Shown here piece by piece: positions 27,260-38,399 of a stretch of DNA of 64,000 bases; within the stretch, counting starts at the first letter, position 1; each line of letters begins with the position of its first letter. A program made the translations under genes and the position numbers. The stretch comes from Bigelowiella natans CCMP2755 (taxonomy: Eukaryota > Protista > Cercozoa): positions 62,001-126,000 of the forward strand of contig ADNK01001279.1 in assembly GCA_000320545.1 (NCBI GenBank). The letters run 5' to 3'. Under the pieces are notes generated by a model, which was not told the origin of the DNA, made no database searches, and was given only the letters and a program-made list of their open reading frames with translations.

Positions 27260-27539
27260 ATGATCGGATGCTCCGTCCTGATGATGAGGCGCCTCTCTAC
27301 TATTGTCGTCGTATTTTCTACAGCACTTATGATGAACATGATGATAGACCCAAATCTGACTGAAAAGATTCATGGAGTTCATCGCTCTCATACTCTTTTC
27401 GGATGCGGGTACTGGCTTGGATCAACGACACGTAGAGGCATCGTACGCCGACGACGCCTTGGGAGCCCATTCTTGTATCGATTACACGGCGGGGGTGAAG
27501 GCCATGTCGACGGTAATTGTAGGATCATCTTATCATTAC

Positions 27540-27571
<32 letters not shown>

Positions 27572-29707
27572 GAAGAACGGGCGTACCGTGTGCTTGTCTG
27601 CGGAAACATCGACGGCAAATTTCAGGAACTATTTGCACGCGTCGCTCGTTTAAATAAGAAGAAAGGCCCCTTCCATGCTCTTTTATGTACAGGACTCACT
27701 ATGTCATCATCGTCATTGCAGTCATCATCATCACCATCCTCTCTGCTGCGACGCTTCTTCGAGGGGAACAATCGCCCATGCATTCCAACTTACTTTCCCG
27801 TTAGAACTGATGAGGAGGCGGCTGTCTATCGTGCAGCCTTCCTTCACAATAACCAATATGACAATTCTTCACATTATCGGCATATGAAAAACCAAAACGA
27901 TCGCTGTAATAATACCATGAAGATGGAAAATACTGAATCGCTACGGGAGAATTTGACAATGCTCCTCGGAGTAAACGGAAGTGGAGTCGCAACAATACCA
28001 GGAGGAGGAGGAGGCGGATTAAAGATAGGCTGGGTGACTGGAAACTGCACTAAAGAACTGGTTACTACTTGCCGCTTTAGACATCGAGAGCTTTGTATCT
28101 TCTGTGCACAATGACTCCAGCCTTTCCCCCTCATACTAGAATTCGTCGTTATATACACATCAACTCCTCATCCTAACTCCCTTGTTTGCATTTCCACTGT
28201 GATAACATGTTGTTGTTGTTGTATTTGTTTCGACGATGCAAAGGAACGTCACGCTAGCGATCCTACATATATTGGGCTGGACATTCTACTCAGCACCAAG
28301 CGGCCGGACTCGATAACAAACCACTCGAACAACTACCATCATGTTCACCACAATCGCTCCGAGTCTCAAAATAGCACGCCACTGTCGAATATATATTCAT
28401 CATCAACGCCCTCTTCATCATCATCATCGTTATCATCAGCAGTGTGTGCTGCTGCTACTGCAGCCCGTATATCAGCCCCCCGTTATCATTTTTCCCCTGA
28501 GTACTCAGGAGGGCATTATTGGGCCAGGGAGCCATACGAGAATCCAGGCTTTCCCCATGTCACCCGCTTTGTCTCTTTACCACCACCAACAACAACAACA
28601 ACAACAAGAACAACACCAAGAGGCAAATGGCTTCATGCGTTGGAGTTAAAACCATTAAGATGCATACCTGAAAAGATTCTTAGAATGAGAAGTAATGATA
28701 CAACGGAATCACCCTACTACTACTACAACTACTCCTCCCACCACCACCACCACCACAACAACAACAACAATGATAAATTGTATCACCACAATAATAATAA
28801 TAATAATGCGACCAACAACAACGCTAGCGAGATTAGCAAAGGTAGTAGCCAAACGCCGAAATTGACGAAATTGTCGTGGGAGGAGCAGATGCATCTTCTT
28901 CCAGACCCCGATGCACACCGACGTACGCTTTACGTGAAGGGCCTACCTGGTAACGATAAAGATATTATTTACACCTTTCAAAGGCGACAACTCAATGTAA
29001 AAAGGCTGTATCGACCCACGGTAGTTAGTACTGCTACTACTTACACTACACTCCTAATAGTAGTTAGTCCAAGCTTGGAAGAAGATAAATAGAACAGAAT
29101 AAAAGAGTAGTAGTTGTCCAAAGAAAAAGTAATTTCGGTCTTCTTCATCTACTCACTATCCATAAAATAATAATAATAATGATGATGATGATGATGATGA
29201 TTATAATAATAATAGGGCAAAAACTTCTGGTTCATCCAATTCGAAACACATCGAGAAGCAGAGGGTACTACTACATGCACCGCAGCAGCAGTAGGAATAG
29301 TTGTAGTAGTAGTAGTTGAAGTAGTAGTAGTAGAAGTAGTAGGTGTGTGTGCTACTTGTTCTTATGCATTGACTCCCTCACTCATATGGGGTGTAGTAGT
29401 AGCAGTAGTAGTAGGTTAGCAGGGAGAGTCTCTCATGTTATGTTCCCACAAGAACGTATTAGTTACTTTGTATGCAGTCATAAGAAAGAAAGACAACTTA
29501 TTCTTTCGAATCTAAATCATCATCATCTTCTTCTTCTTCTTCTTCTTCTTATTGTAGATGCCTTAGCCCGTTTATGGGTATTAAGTGAAAGAGAGAAAAG
29601 GTAAGCAATGACGATGATGGTGATGATGATGATAGTAAGATTGCATCAGAGCTGGCACATCTCATGTGCTATGCAACGTGTTCTGGTTATAGAATATAAG
29701 TTATATT

Positions 29708-29781
<74 letters not shown>

Positions 29782-30828
29782 TATAATACATACTCGTCTC
29801 ACAGTTTTTGCATCATAATCATGAGAAGAGTGAAAGGATGATGATGTGTATTAGGGTAAGAAGACAATTGAAATCTTCTTCTTCCTCCTCGTCTATTAGA
29901 GGGGGGAGGAGGGTTGGGAAACGGAATTACCGACAGGACAACAGGGAGGAGCACGAAGATGATCAAGGCAACACCGCACTTCGTAGGGACTAACAATAAA
30001 CCAACACGCTTTCTATTCAAGGCATAAAAATGTGCAACTCAGTTGAGAATGTAGTATCATCTAATTTCCTTCGAAAGAAGACACACATGCCAACGAGAAA
30101 GAAGTCAGATTCTTTCTTCAAGAGCAAGAAGAGTGATAATCCAGTTGTTGATTGACATATATTGTACTTTATATGTGACGTGTGTTATTTGTCACGAATA
30201 CTATATGTAGCTCGTATCCGCGCTGATTGGGCATTGAGGGAGATTGAAGCAGCTGATGTATAGTAGTATTAGTAGTTATATATAGTTAAAGTATGATCCA
30301 ACCACATGTTTCTGTCGTTGTGACTAAAGAGTAGCCGATACCTAACACTCCAAAGACGGCAACGACGACGATATAATCATTCAGCAGCCTACTAATGGTT
30401 GGTTGTGTTACGTTGGTTTTGATTGCACCAATAATATGTGTTCTTCCATGAGCAGCAGTACAATCATCAAGCCAACAGCAATTCCATGACATTTTGGTCA
30501 TGGGCTAATGAAGAAGACGACGACGACAACGAGCATACCAATGCTGATATTACCGCTGCTCAACAACAGCATCGATACCCAGTGCCTCAGTGCAGACTTT
30601 GCATGGCTTCTGAGAGATTCTTCGATCCGAAAACTGTCATCAGCGTTGGCAAGTACATGTAATATTATGTGTAAAAGAAAGCACGTGTAGGAACAAGCCT
30701 GGTTGAGTGTCAAGTGTTGAGATAAACTCCTATATTATATATTGGTATTATGTATTGGCATGGAAACAAAAACGAAGACATAAGTCGTTGTGTGCACGAT
30801 AGCCAGGATAATGCTATCACTGGGAAAT

Positions 30829-30863
<35 letters not shown>

Positions 30864-30942
30864 CGTACGGATTAATTGACTTCTGGGGTTGCTCAGCAGC
30901 AGCAGAAGCAGCATAACGCCCAGCATTAGTTTGTGGTAGTTG

Positions 30943-30975
<33 letters not shown>

Positions 30976-31636
30976 ATATCATCATCAAATTACTAACGAC
31001 AACACAGATATCTGAGCGTTGGTAAAGAAGCGGTAGTAGGGACTGCTATTAATGAAAAGAGGATGATGGCGAAGAACAAAAATGATAATAGCGATCATAC
31101 CTGTACTACTGATCATGGTAGTATGTTGTCGTCGTCATCGTCTCGTTATCACCAATGGCCTCTTTTCCATGAACAACAGCAACAACATCTAGTTACTATT
31201 CCTCCTCCTCTCGCCATTGCCAAAACCATCAATCAGCGACGATGCTGTACCTTACCCCAATTGACCATGTCACTTCCAGTGCACAGCTGCATTCTAAGGT
31301 AAGCTGGTAGCTAGGTTCTACTGGCCATAATGATGATGATGGTGATGATGATGATGATGATAACTTATATGATGATATTATGTGTTCATTTACCCCCAAC
31401 TAAGAGAATTGGATAACCACGAAGAAAGTATCATCATCATCATTATCACCTTTATACTAGCGCACTCATCACTGTTTTTCTTCCTCCTTTGCTTCCCTTT
31501 TCCCCTTTCCTCTCTCTCATTCCCTACCAGGCTGTCAGGGAGATGGACCTTTTCGAGAAAAGATTGAGAATGTTTCTACGCTCAAGTACTCACTGCCAAA
31601 CAAATTAATATCACATAATAAATGAGTAGGAGAGAA

Positions 31637-31682
<46 letters not shown>

Positions 31683-33146
31683 ATTGGAAGAGTTGCAGGC
31701 AAATGCAATCAAAGTATACTACTATGCGGACAAAAAATATCGAAGTTAGAAGATGTATGCTGTGATGTTATTTCATTACGACTTCTGTTGTCCTCCACGG
31801 GATCATCTCCTTCCTCCGCAGCATTGTTTTCATGATAATCGTTCATTATCGTCATCAATGAGTAGGAAATGCAAGTGGTGTATCAGTGGAAAGAGGTTTG
31901 TCATAACTAACAAACCACCATATCTGATCATACACCACCATACCACCCACATGCCTATATCTTCCTGCAAACACACACGCACAATCAAACGCACACACAC
32001 ACACACACGCATAGGCATGTACATGCACATATATTTGTTGATATGAATTTCAATCTTATCAAACGAATGCGTAATTGCTAGCTATGGAGAGTGATTCCAG
32101 AAGTCCTCGCAGCAGCAAAATTCCTGAACATCTTTCACGGAAGGTACAATGAAAAGAGAAACTTAGAAGAAAAAAAGATCAAGGGGACTATGCCGATGAT
32201 GGATTTAAAGCACTATTCTTGTAGTCGATTGAGTTTGTTGTTGTTTTATCCATTTTCTACACGCTGATCGTTCATGGGTTGTTGTTGCTGTTATTGTTGC
32301 TGTTGTTGTTCTTGTTGATATTGCTGCAGGTGATGGTATTCAGTGAAACACGCTTGGCTACAATTCGGAAAGTACTGGAAAATGGATTGCACAGAGAGTC
32401 TCGAAGACAGTTTAACAATCAACAACAGACCACACTCCTTCCAGAGGGTAATGATGGCACATTAGGCTATTATGTTTCGCACGAGTGTGCGTGTGTGTGC
32501 TTTGTATGTTTTGCAGTCGTTTTCATATTTCATGTTTTCTCATTGTTTGTTCTATTTTTTCATAGGTGTAAATCTGAACGATGCAATTATGGATTCTAGA
32601 AATTCAGAGTAAGTAATCTAATTCCTTGTTTGTCTTCCTCCTTAATCACTTTGATACACACACACGCACACACATATGTGCTACTGTAGATATTTCTTTG
32701 TGGACTTCCCTGAAACTGAAGATGCGCCGCGTCATCGGCTCCTCACCCTGAGGGACAAGGTTCAGATCATTAACAATAATTACACTGATGTAAGGATGAT
32801 GATGATGATGCGTGAGACCGATTCTCACAAAGAACTAATACTTGCAGGGGCAAGCTGTATTGAGGAGCAATCTGCTATTGGACATTCTCAATGAGTTCAA
32901 GCTTCCGCTACCATCCATCACCAACTTGCTACTTCATTATCGGCGTAACTGTCCGTCGGAACCTGGTGAGAAGTCTTTCATGCATGATTAAGAAACACAA
33001 GATACAGTGATAAGCCTACCTGCTATCTGTACCGTTATGTTGATCTGACGACCACTTTCTCATTAGAAGAGGAGCTGGTGAAAGGGTTGCGAGAAGGTTT
33101 TCAGAAATTCGATCCAATGTTCTTTAATGACGACGACGACATCTAG
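27260..33146 (+). CDS. CWF19L1: CWF19-like protein 1 (spliceosome disassembly / Dbr1-associated) with an N-terminal bipartite-type leader; multi-exon
   Basis: RVLVCGNIDGKFQELFARVARLNKKKGPFHALLCTG; GLDILLS; PRYHF; WAREPYENP..HVTRFVSL; KWLHAL; RRM-like RTLYVKGLP; CwfJ CRLCMA..KTVISVGKY; RYFFVDFP; C-terminal LREGFQKFDPMFFNDDDDI*. Confidence 0.9.
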
Positions 33147-33498
33147 ACGTGCGATGACAAATTCACCAGTGTTTACTGTATTATCGAAGAAGTCATTCTC
33201 GTTATCATACCAATCCTATACTAGCCTCATGCGCTCCGCGCGCATAGCTCTGTGTTAGGCAGTAAGGTACTAGCTGTGCGACACTTGTACAGCTGTGTCG
33301 TCACGACTCCCAGTGCTATCGTATGAACATACATATCTAGATACACCATACGTAGCATAGTGCATGGCTGCGTGTGTGTACATACAGCTTCAGTCGACCT
33401 GTATGGGCACGTGAAGCGTAGTGTTTAGACATGACTAGACATGTGACAAAAAAAATACAAGCTAATTTGTTCATCGCATGGCTTGCCCAGCGAATGTA

Positions 33499-34560
33499 TG
33501 AGACGGATGTAATGAAATTATTAAATCCAGCGTATGTATATAAATGCGTAGCTCGTAGCACCGAATCGCGTTAGATGATAAATCAAGGCATCGCATGCAC
33601 ATGTGTACATTGTTGTCAAATATTGTCGCGGGGGCCTGCGCGGACGCAAGAGACGCATCACATGCACCGCGATTCAATCAAAGAAACGGATCATGTGCTA
33701 CAAGCTGCCCTGCGCGCACTCTCAGCATCGCAAAATGAACTGAAAAATTAATTCAAAGCCATCATGATCATCATAGACAAAATGACAACTATGACAACAT
33801 CGACACAAAAAGAATTACCAAGGAAGACACGCAGCGGTCGCTCGCGCAGGGGCATGGCAGCTCGCGCGGCGCAACAACGGCATTACCTTTGTGAACATGA
33901 AACACGTGAGAGCAGATTTTGCACATTGTGACAATGCAGATCAAGAGATATAGAAACACAACACAGCCGCTGTAGCCACTACTTGAAGCTGCTTTGTGTG
34001 GCTGCATTAGCTAGTTAGGATGGTCATTCAAAATGTTCAATCACAGCATTGCATCCGTCTCACATTGATCAGACAGCATGCAAGTCCAGCAGCAATTTGA
34101 GTGCTGACATGGCCGCATGCAGCGCTGCACAGCTACAGTAGGATCACAATTGGAAAAAAAAAGATCAATTCATTGCATCCGTTTCATGTACGTGTGTACG
34201 TGTGTGTAGAAACATGTGCGTGCATGTGCATGCTGCGCATCCTTCAGGCCTTACATGCTAGCTAGCTAGCATGTGTCGCTGTACTCATTACTCACACATC
34301 TGCTGTGTACGCAAGCGCTCGCGCGCCGAGCAAGCTGCATGTCATCTAGATACATCGAAACAGAGCTAGAGTGTGATAGAGCACTACTATATGCTACCCA
34401 ATCCATCATTGCCTTACGTAGCAGAAGCTACACAGCTACCAAACGGTAGCCAGCTTGAGGTGTACAGATTACTATTGCGTACATACATGTGGACGCTGCT
34501 TTGCATAACTTAATTAGGATGACTGTTGAAAATTTTAATTTGTTCATTACATCCGTCTCA
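33499..34560. mobile_element. Putative non-autonomous DNA transposon (~1.06 kb) with 18-bp perfect terminal inverted repeats
   Basis: TGAGACGGATGTAATGAA (33499-33516) and TTCATTACATCCGTCTCA (34543-34560). Flanked by TA on the left and CA on the right. Extra degenerate right-end copies lie inside, near 34050 and 34175. No transposase ORF seen. Confidence 0.65.
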
Positions 34561-34658
34561 CACATCTACATAATGTCTAATGTGTGTTATGTCTATTAGG
34601 TCACATCTATTAGCACAACACCACAGCCATGCCATAAATATACACCTTAACATGTGGT

Positions 34659-35374
34659 TCAGTCCTTCTTTTTGTTCTCTGTTCTTTTGATTCCAGCTGC
34701 TTCGATAGAGTCAATTATCTCAGTTTTTTTGAAACCTTCAACATGTTTCAAAATTGCGCCATTTGGATCATAAAGTTTTATTGTTGGAAAGCATTTTACA
34801 GGCCCGGCGCCATCTTTTCTCACGTCTAACTTTGAGGCATTAAGCTTCGCAAATATGATTTGGCTACCATCGAAATCCTTGTAATACACGAATAAAGTCA
34901 CTCGACCGAATAAGCCTACTTGGCTAAAGGATACATTAGCACTAAATATTTACCTTGCTCATTTCTGCATATATCGGGGCAGCAGATCGGCACGGTCCAC
35001 ACCAATCTGCGTAATAATCTACCAAATAATGTTTACCATCTCGCTTGCTCTCTTCTCGTAGCTGATTCCATTCTTTTTTCGTCTTTATAGCTCTTACGTT
35101 GCCGGGATACTCAGGAATTGGCTTTTACAATAACAAATCAATTTCAATAGAAGCGAGGAACAGTACGAAGAAGGGACTAACCTTACTATTCTTGTACAGA
35201 TTGAATAGCCTGACAAAATAAGAATGGAAACTTGATTCAGTAAGGAATTATGCATTGGTCTTGGTGACAATCTTCTGGTTTTTGTTGTCACACGTACATC
35301 CAAATAATAGCAATAACGAGAAGCGGCTTCTCAGATAGGAAGGCCACTAGTGACTCAACGAACGAAGGTATCAT
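34659..35374 (-). CDS. Thioredoxin (WCGPC) with an N-terminal membrane anchor; 4 exons
   Basis: MIPSFVESLVAFLSEKPLLVIAIIWM|LFNLYKNSK|PIPEYPGNVRAIKTKKEW..YLVDYYADWCGPCRSAAPIYAEMSK|DFDGSQIIFAKLN..VKCFPTIKLY..GFKK..*. Confidence 0.92.
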
Positions 35375-35635
35375 GATCGACGATGAGTTCTTCTTTTTCT
35401 TCTTTTTCTTCTGTTCCTGTGCTTCGAATTATGACACTTCTTCCAAGCCTTCTCTGTCCAGATTTGCGAGCACCACGTACGTACTCGTACGTTGTTCCTG
35501 CTTTTCTGGATTGTCGCAGGGACTTGATTGTCCTGCATTCATTGCAACGTTCATCTGTTTATGGGACATTGAGCTCATGATAATATCTTACTAAAAGCGG
35601 TTCCATCATCATCATCAACATCATCATCGCATTCC

Positions 35636-35758
35636 ATGGTGCTCTTTGTCAAGACTCTAACGGGGAAAACCATCATTATCGATGTTGACCCGCCTGTAAC
35701 CACATTGCAGCTGAAAGAGAAAATTCAGAACAAAGAAGGGATCCCTCCAGATCGATAA
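35636..35758 (+). pseudogene. Truncated ubiquitin-like ORF (40 aa)
   Basis: [40 protein letters not shown] matches ubiquitin residues 1-40. QRLL follows in another frame, then the sequence enters a TpA-depleted island. Confidence 0.7.
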
Positions 35759-35759
35759 G

Positions 35760-36480
35760 CAAAGGTTGTTGTCCATTCTGCTGGCATTGTGCGAGCGAAT
35801 CCATGCTTGTGGGATCTGACAACGCACAATGTGAAGCACGTGTAATCGACGAAACAAACAAGGACATTCTTAGCGCTGTAGCCACCGCATTGCACACATA
35901 GCTACATTATTAGGATGACCATTGGCAATGTGCAATTGCACATTTCATTGCATCCGTCACTGTGCACGCACCAGCCCATCTGCTAGGCCATGCGACGCGC
36001 AGCATGCAAGCGGGCATATGCGCACACATTGCATGCACATACTCGAGCATAACATCGGAAATGCATGAGGCAGGACATGCAGACACAGACGTGTGACTTA
36101 ACGCTCTTGTCATGTTGCATGATGAAGCACAATCTGTGGCAATGCTAGCGACCTACATGCTAGCTAGCACATGCACACACATGCACATTGCAAACATCTA
36201 CGCTAGCTGTGCATTCATGTGATGCATCCAACTGAATGACAACGTTACTAATTACTAATCTTGCATTACAATGATTAGCATGTTCTGTGGACAAAACATC
36301 TATCTGCCTGTGCATGCACCGTGTCTAGGCAAGCCAAATGTTCAATGTGTGGTGTGTCGCACTTCATTGCTCACTGCACATGCTAGCATGTACATGCACG
36401 CTAATATTTGAACACTCTGCTCATCTGTTGTGAAAACAATATAACCTCAAATGATGAATGAAAATGACGAGCGGTTGTCG
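35760..36480. repeat. TpA-depleted repeat island with a degenerate TIR-family end (~35895-35960)
   Basis: catagctac..taggatgacc..cattgcatccgtcac is homologous to the 55920-55983 copy. Rich in tgca/catg/gctagc. Confidence 0.65.
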
Positions 36481-36670
36481 TTTGTCAGAAGATGCAATAG
36501 ATGCTGTTCTTCCACAGTACACATTCGGCACACGAAATTGCGCCGGATGGTTAGATTAGAATTGAAGGTTTTAGGTATACTTGGGGCAAGGAGTTACGCT
36601 GGATAGTTAGATTAAAATAGGAAGTGTCAGGAACAATTACTAATTTAAGAGTTAATCTGTACTTCAGCAT

Positions 36671-37789
36671 TCACTCAGCAGCCGCAACTAACAGATTTTG
36701 CAAGCTTTGGAGAGGACGAGCTTCTTCTAACATGCGCAAGGCAGCATCAATCATTTTGATGTCCTTGTTCGTGCGATCGTACAGATCGCTATCAACATCA
36801 TCATCATCATCAGATTCACTCAGTACACTTGCTCTTGAATCATCATCATTATCTCCTACTGAGACTGTCCGATGGCGTCTAAATTCCTCGTAAGATGATG
36901 CCATCGATGGACCAGACGTTGTCGGTATAGGAGCAACCCCTTCGCGTGTTGTCACGATTTTATCGTCTATTTTTTCACCATTTATGCCAGGAATTCCGGG
37001 TGTAGTCACATGATCATCCTCGCAATCAACATCACCGGCAGCAGCTTCATCTTGCCTGGTGGATGTTTGGCTCTTCTGTTCGGCAAACGGTGATTGATAA
37101 AGATGGCCTTTCCCTTCCACTTGATTTTCGACAGAATTGGCTGAAATTCGTCTTTCTTTTCCGTCTGAGAAGATTTCTTTTACCGTTTTGGTTGAGGAGG
37201 TTGATTGGATTCTCCTACTCGTCACCACCTTGTCTTCTAGTTCATAATTGTTGATAGATTCTTCTTCTTCTTCTTCTTCTTCTTCTTCTTCTCCTTTTTC
37301 AATGCGCTTAGGTTGCGTGACTTCAACTTCATACTTCGTACGACTATATTCTCCTTTAGGCACTGAATATAGATCACCTTCTACTGAAGGCTGGAGATCT
37401 CCTTTCTGGTAAGAAACGTAGCTGGAATTGTTCGAGCAGCCTGCGTTTTCTTCATTGGAATCGCGCCTGTAGCGACGATGATGCCAATCCTGTGTAGGCT
37501 GTGTAGATAAACAGAGGTCTTCACTATCGGTGACAGTGCTCTCGTCTAAACTGAGACGATTGAGATTCTCAAATGTTCCATCTTTCGAACCGTCCTTCTG
37601 TATGGCTTGATCAATTACATGGTTTTCAGTGTAGCTTGTAGCTCCATAATCAGAAAGACCGGGAGAATCCTTATGCGTATTACTATTCACTAAATTCGCA
37701 TAAAGAAAGGATGCTTGATCTCTGATACAGTAGCCACAGCCACAGTAGCTGTTGCAAAGTTTTCCAGCGTTGGAGCAACAGTTGCCCAT
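36671..37789 (-). CDS. Intronless 372-aa acidic, low-complexity protein with an N-terminal MGNCCS (myristoylation + palmitoylation) motif
   Basis: Uninterrupted ATG-initiated ORF starting MGNCCSNAGKLCNSYCGCGYC; no recognisable domain. Confidence 0.7.
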   Translation of the reverse strand: MGNCCSNAGKLCNSYCGCGYCIRDQASFLYANLVNSNTHKDSPGLSDYGATSYTENHVIDQAIQKDGSKDGTFENLNRLSLDESTVTDSEDLCLSTQPTQDWHHRRYRRDSNEENAGCSNNSSYVSYQKGDLQPSVEGDLYSVPKGEYSRTKYEVEVTQPKRIEKGEEEEEEEEEEESINNYELEDKVVTSRRIQSTSSTKTVKEIFSDGKERRISANSVENQVEGKGHLYQSPFAEQKSQTSTRQDEAAAGDVDCEDDHVTTPGIPGINGEKIDDKIVTTREGVAPIPTTSGPSMASSYEEFRRHRTVSVGDNDDDSRASVLSESDDDDDVDSDLYDRTNKDIKMIDAALRMLEEARPLQSLQNLLVAAAE

Positions 37790-38399
37790 GTTGTAGTTTC
37801 AAGACAGATGATCTGGCTCACGAAGTACACGTTACGAAACCAACAAACCCTGCATCTCAAAAGTTAATAGATAGATCTCCCTAAAGTATGATGAATCCGA
37901 AAGCGTGTTGCGAACAATCTTTCGATCTTTGTGCTAACGAGGGGGGGAAAGACAGGAACAGGTTTTCTCAATCGGTGCCTTTCTCGTGAATTGTTCTTGA
38001 TATATCTCCAAACGACAGCGTAGACGTCTTGTCGCACTTGTTCTTGGCTCAGGAAAATGATCAAGTTCATGTGCATCCTCTTTTTCTTCTATTCTCTTCT
38101 CTCGGAAAGGGAGTGACAGAGTCAAGGATAATCTAGGATGCCGTTAAATTCAGATTTGCGACATAATCTTTCTTGTGCAGAAGCAGAAAATTCTTGCCAT
38201 ATGATGGCTACTGAAAGTCTCCTTAGATGTTCTTTCTGAAACTAGTCATTTAATAGGGGAATTAGGTCAAAATTAAGATACGACGTAAAGAATGTTCAAT
38301 TTTGAATAAAAATATGCCAATTTCCTGGTACCGAAGAGGCAACATTGTCTTAATTCTGAGAATGACCCGGAAGGTACTGTTAGCTGTTGACCACTTCTC

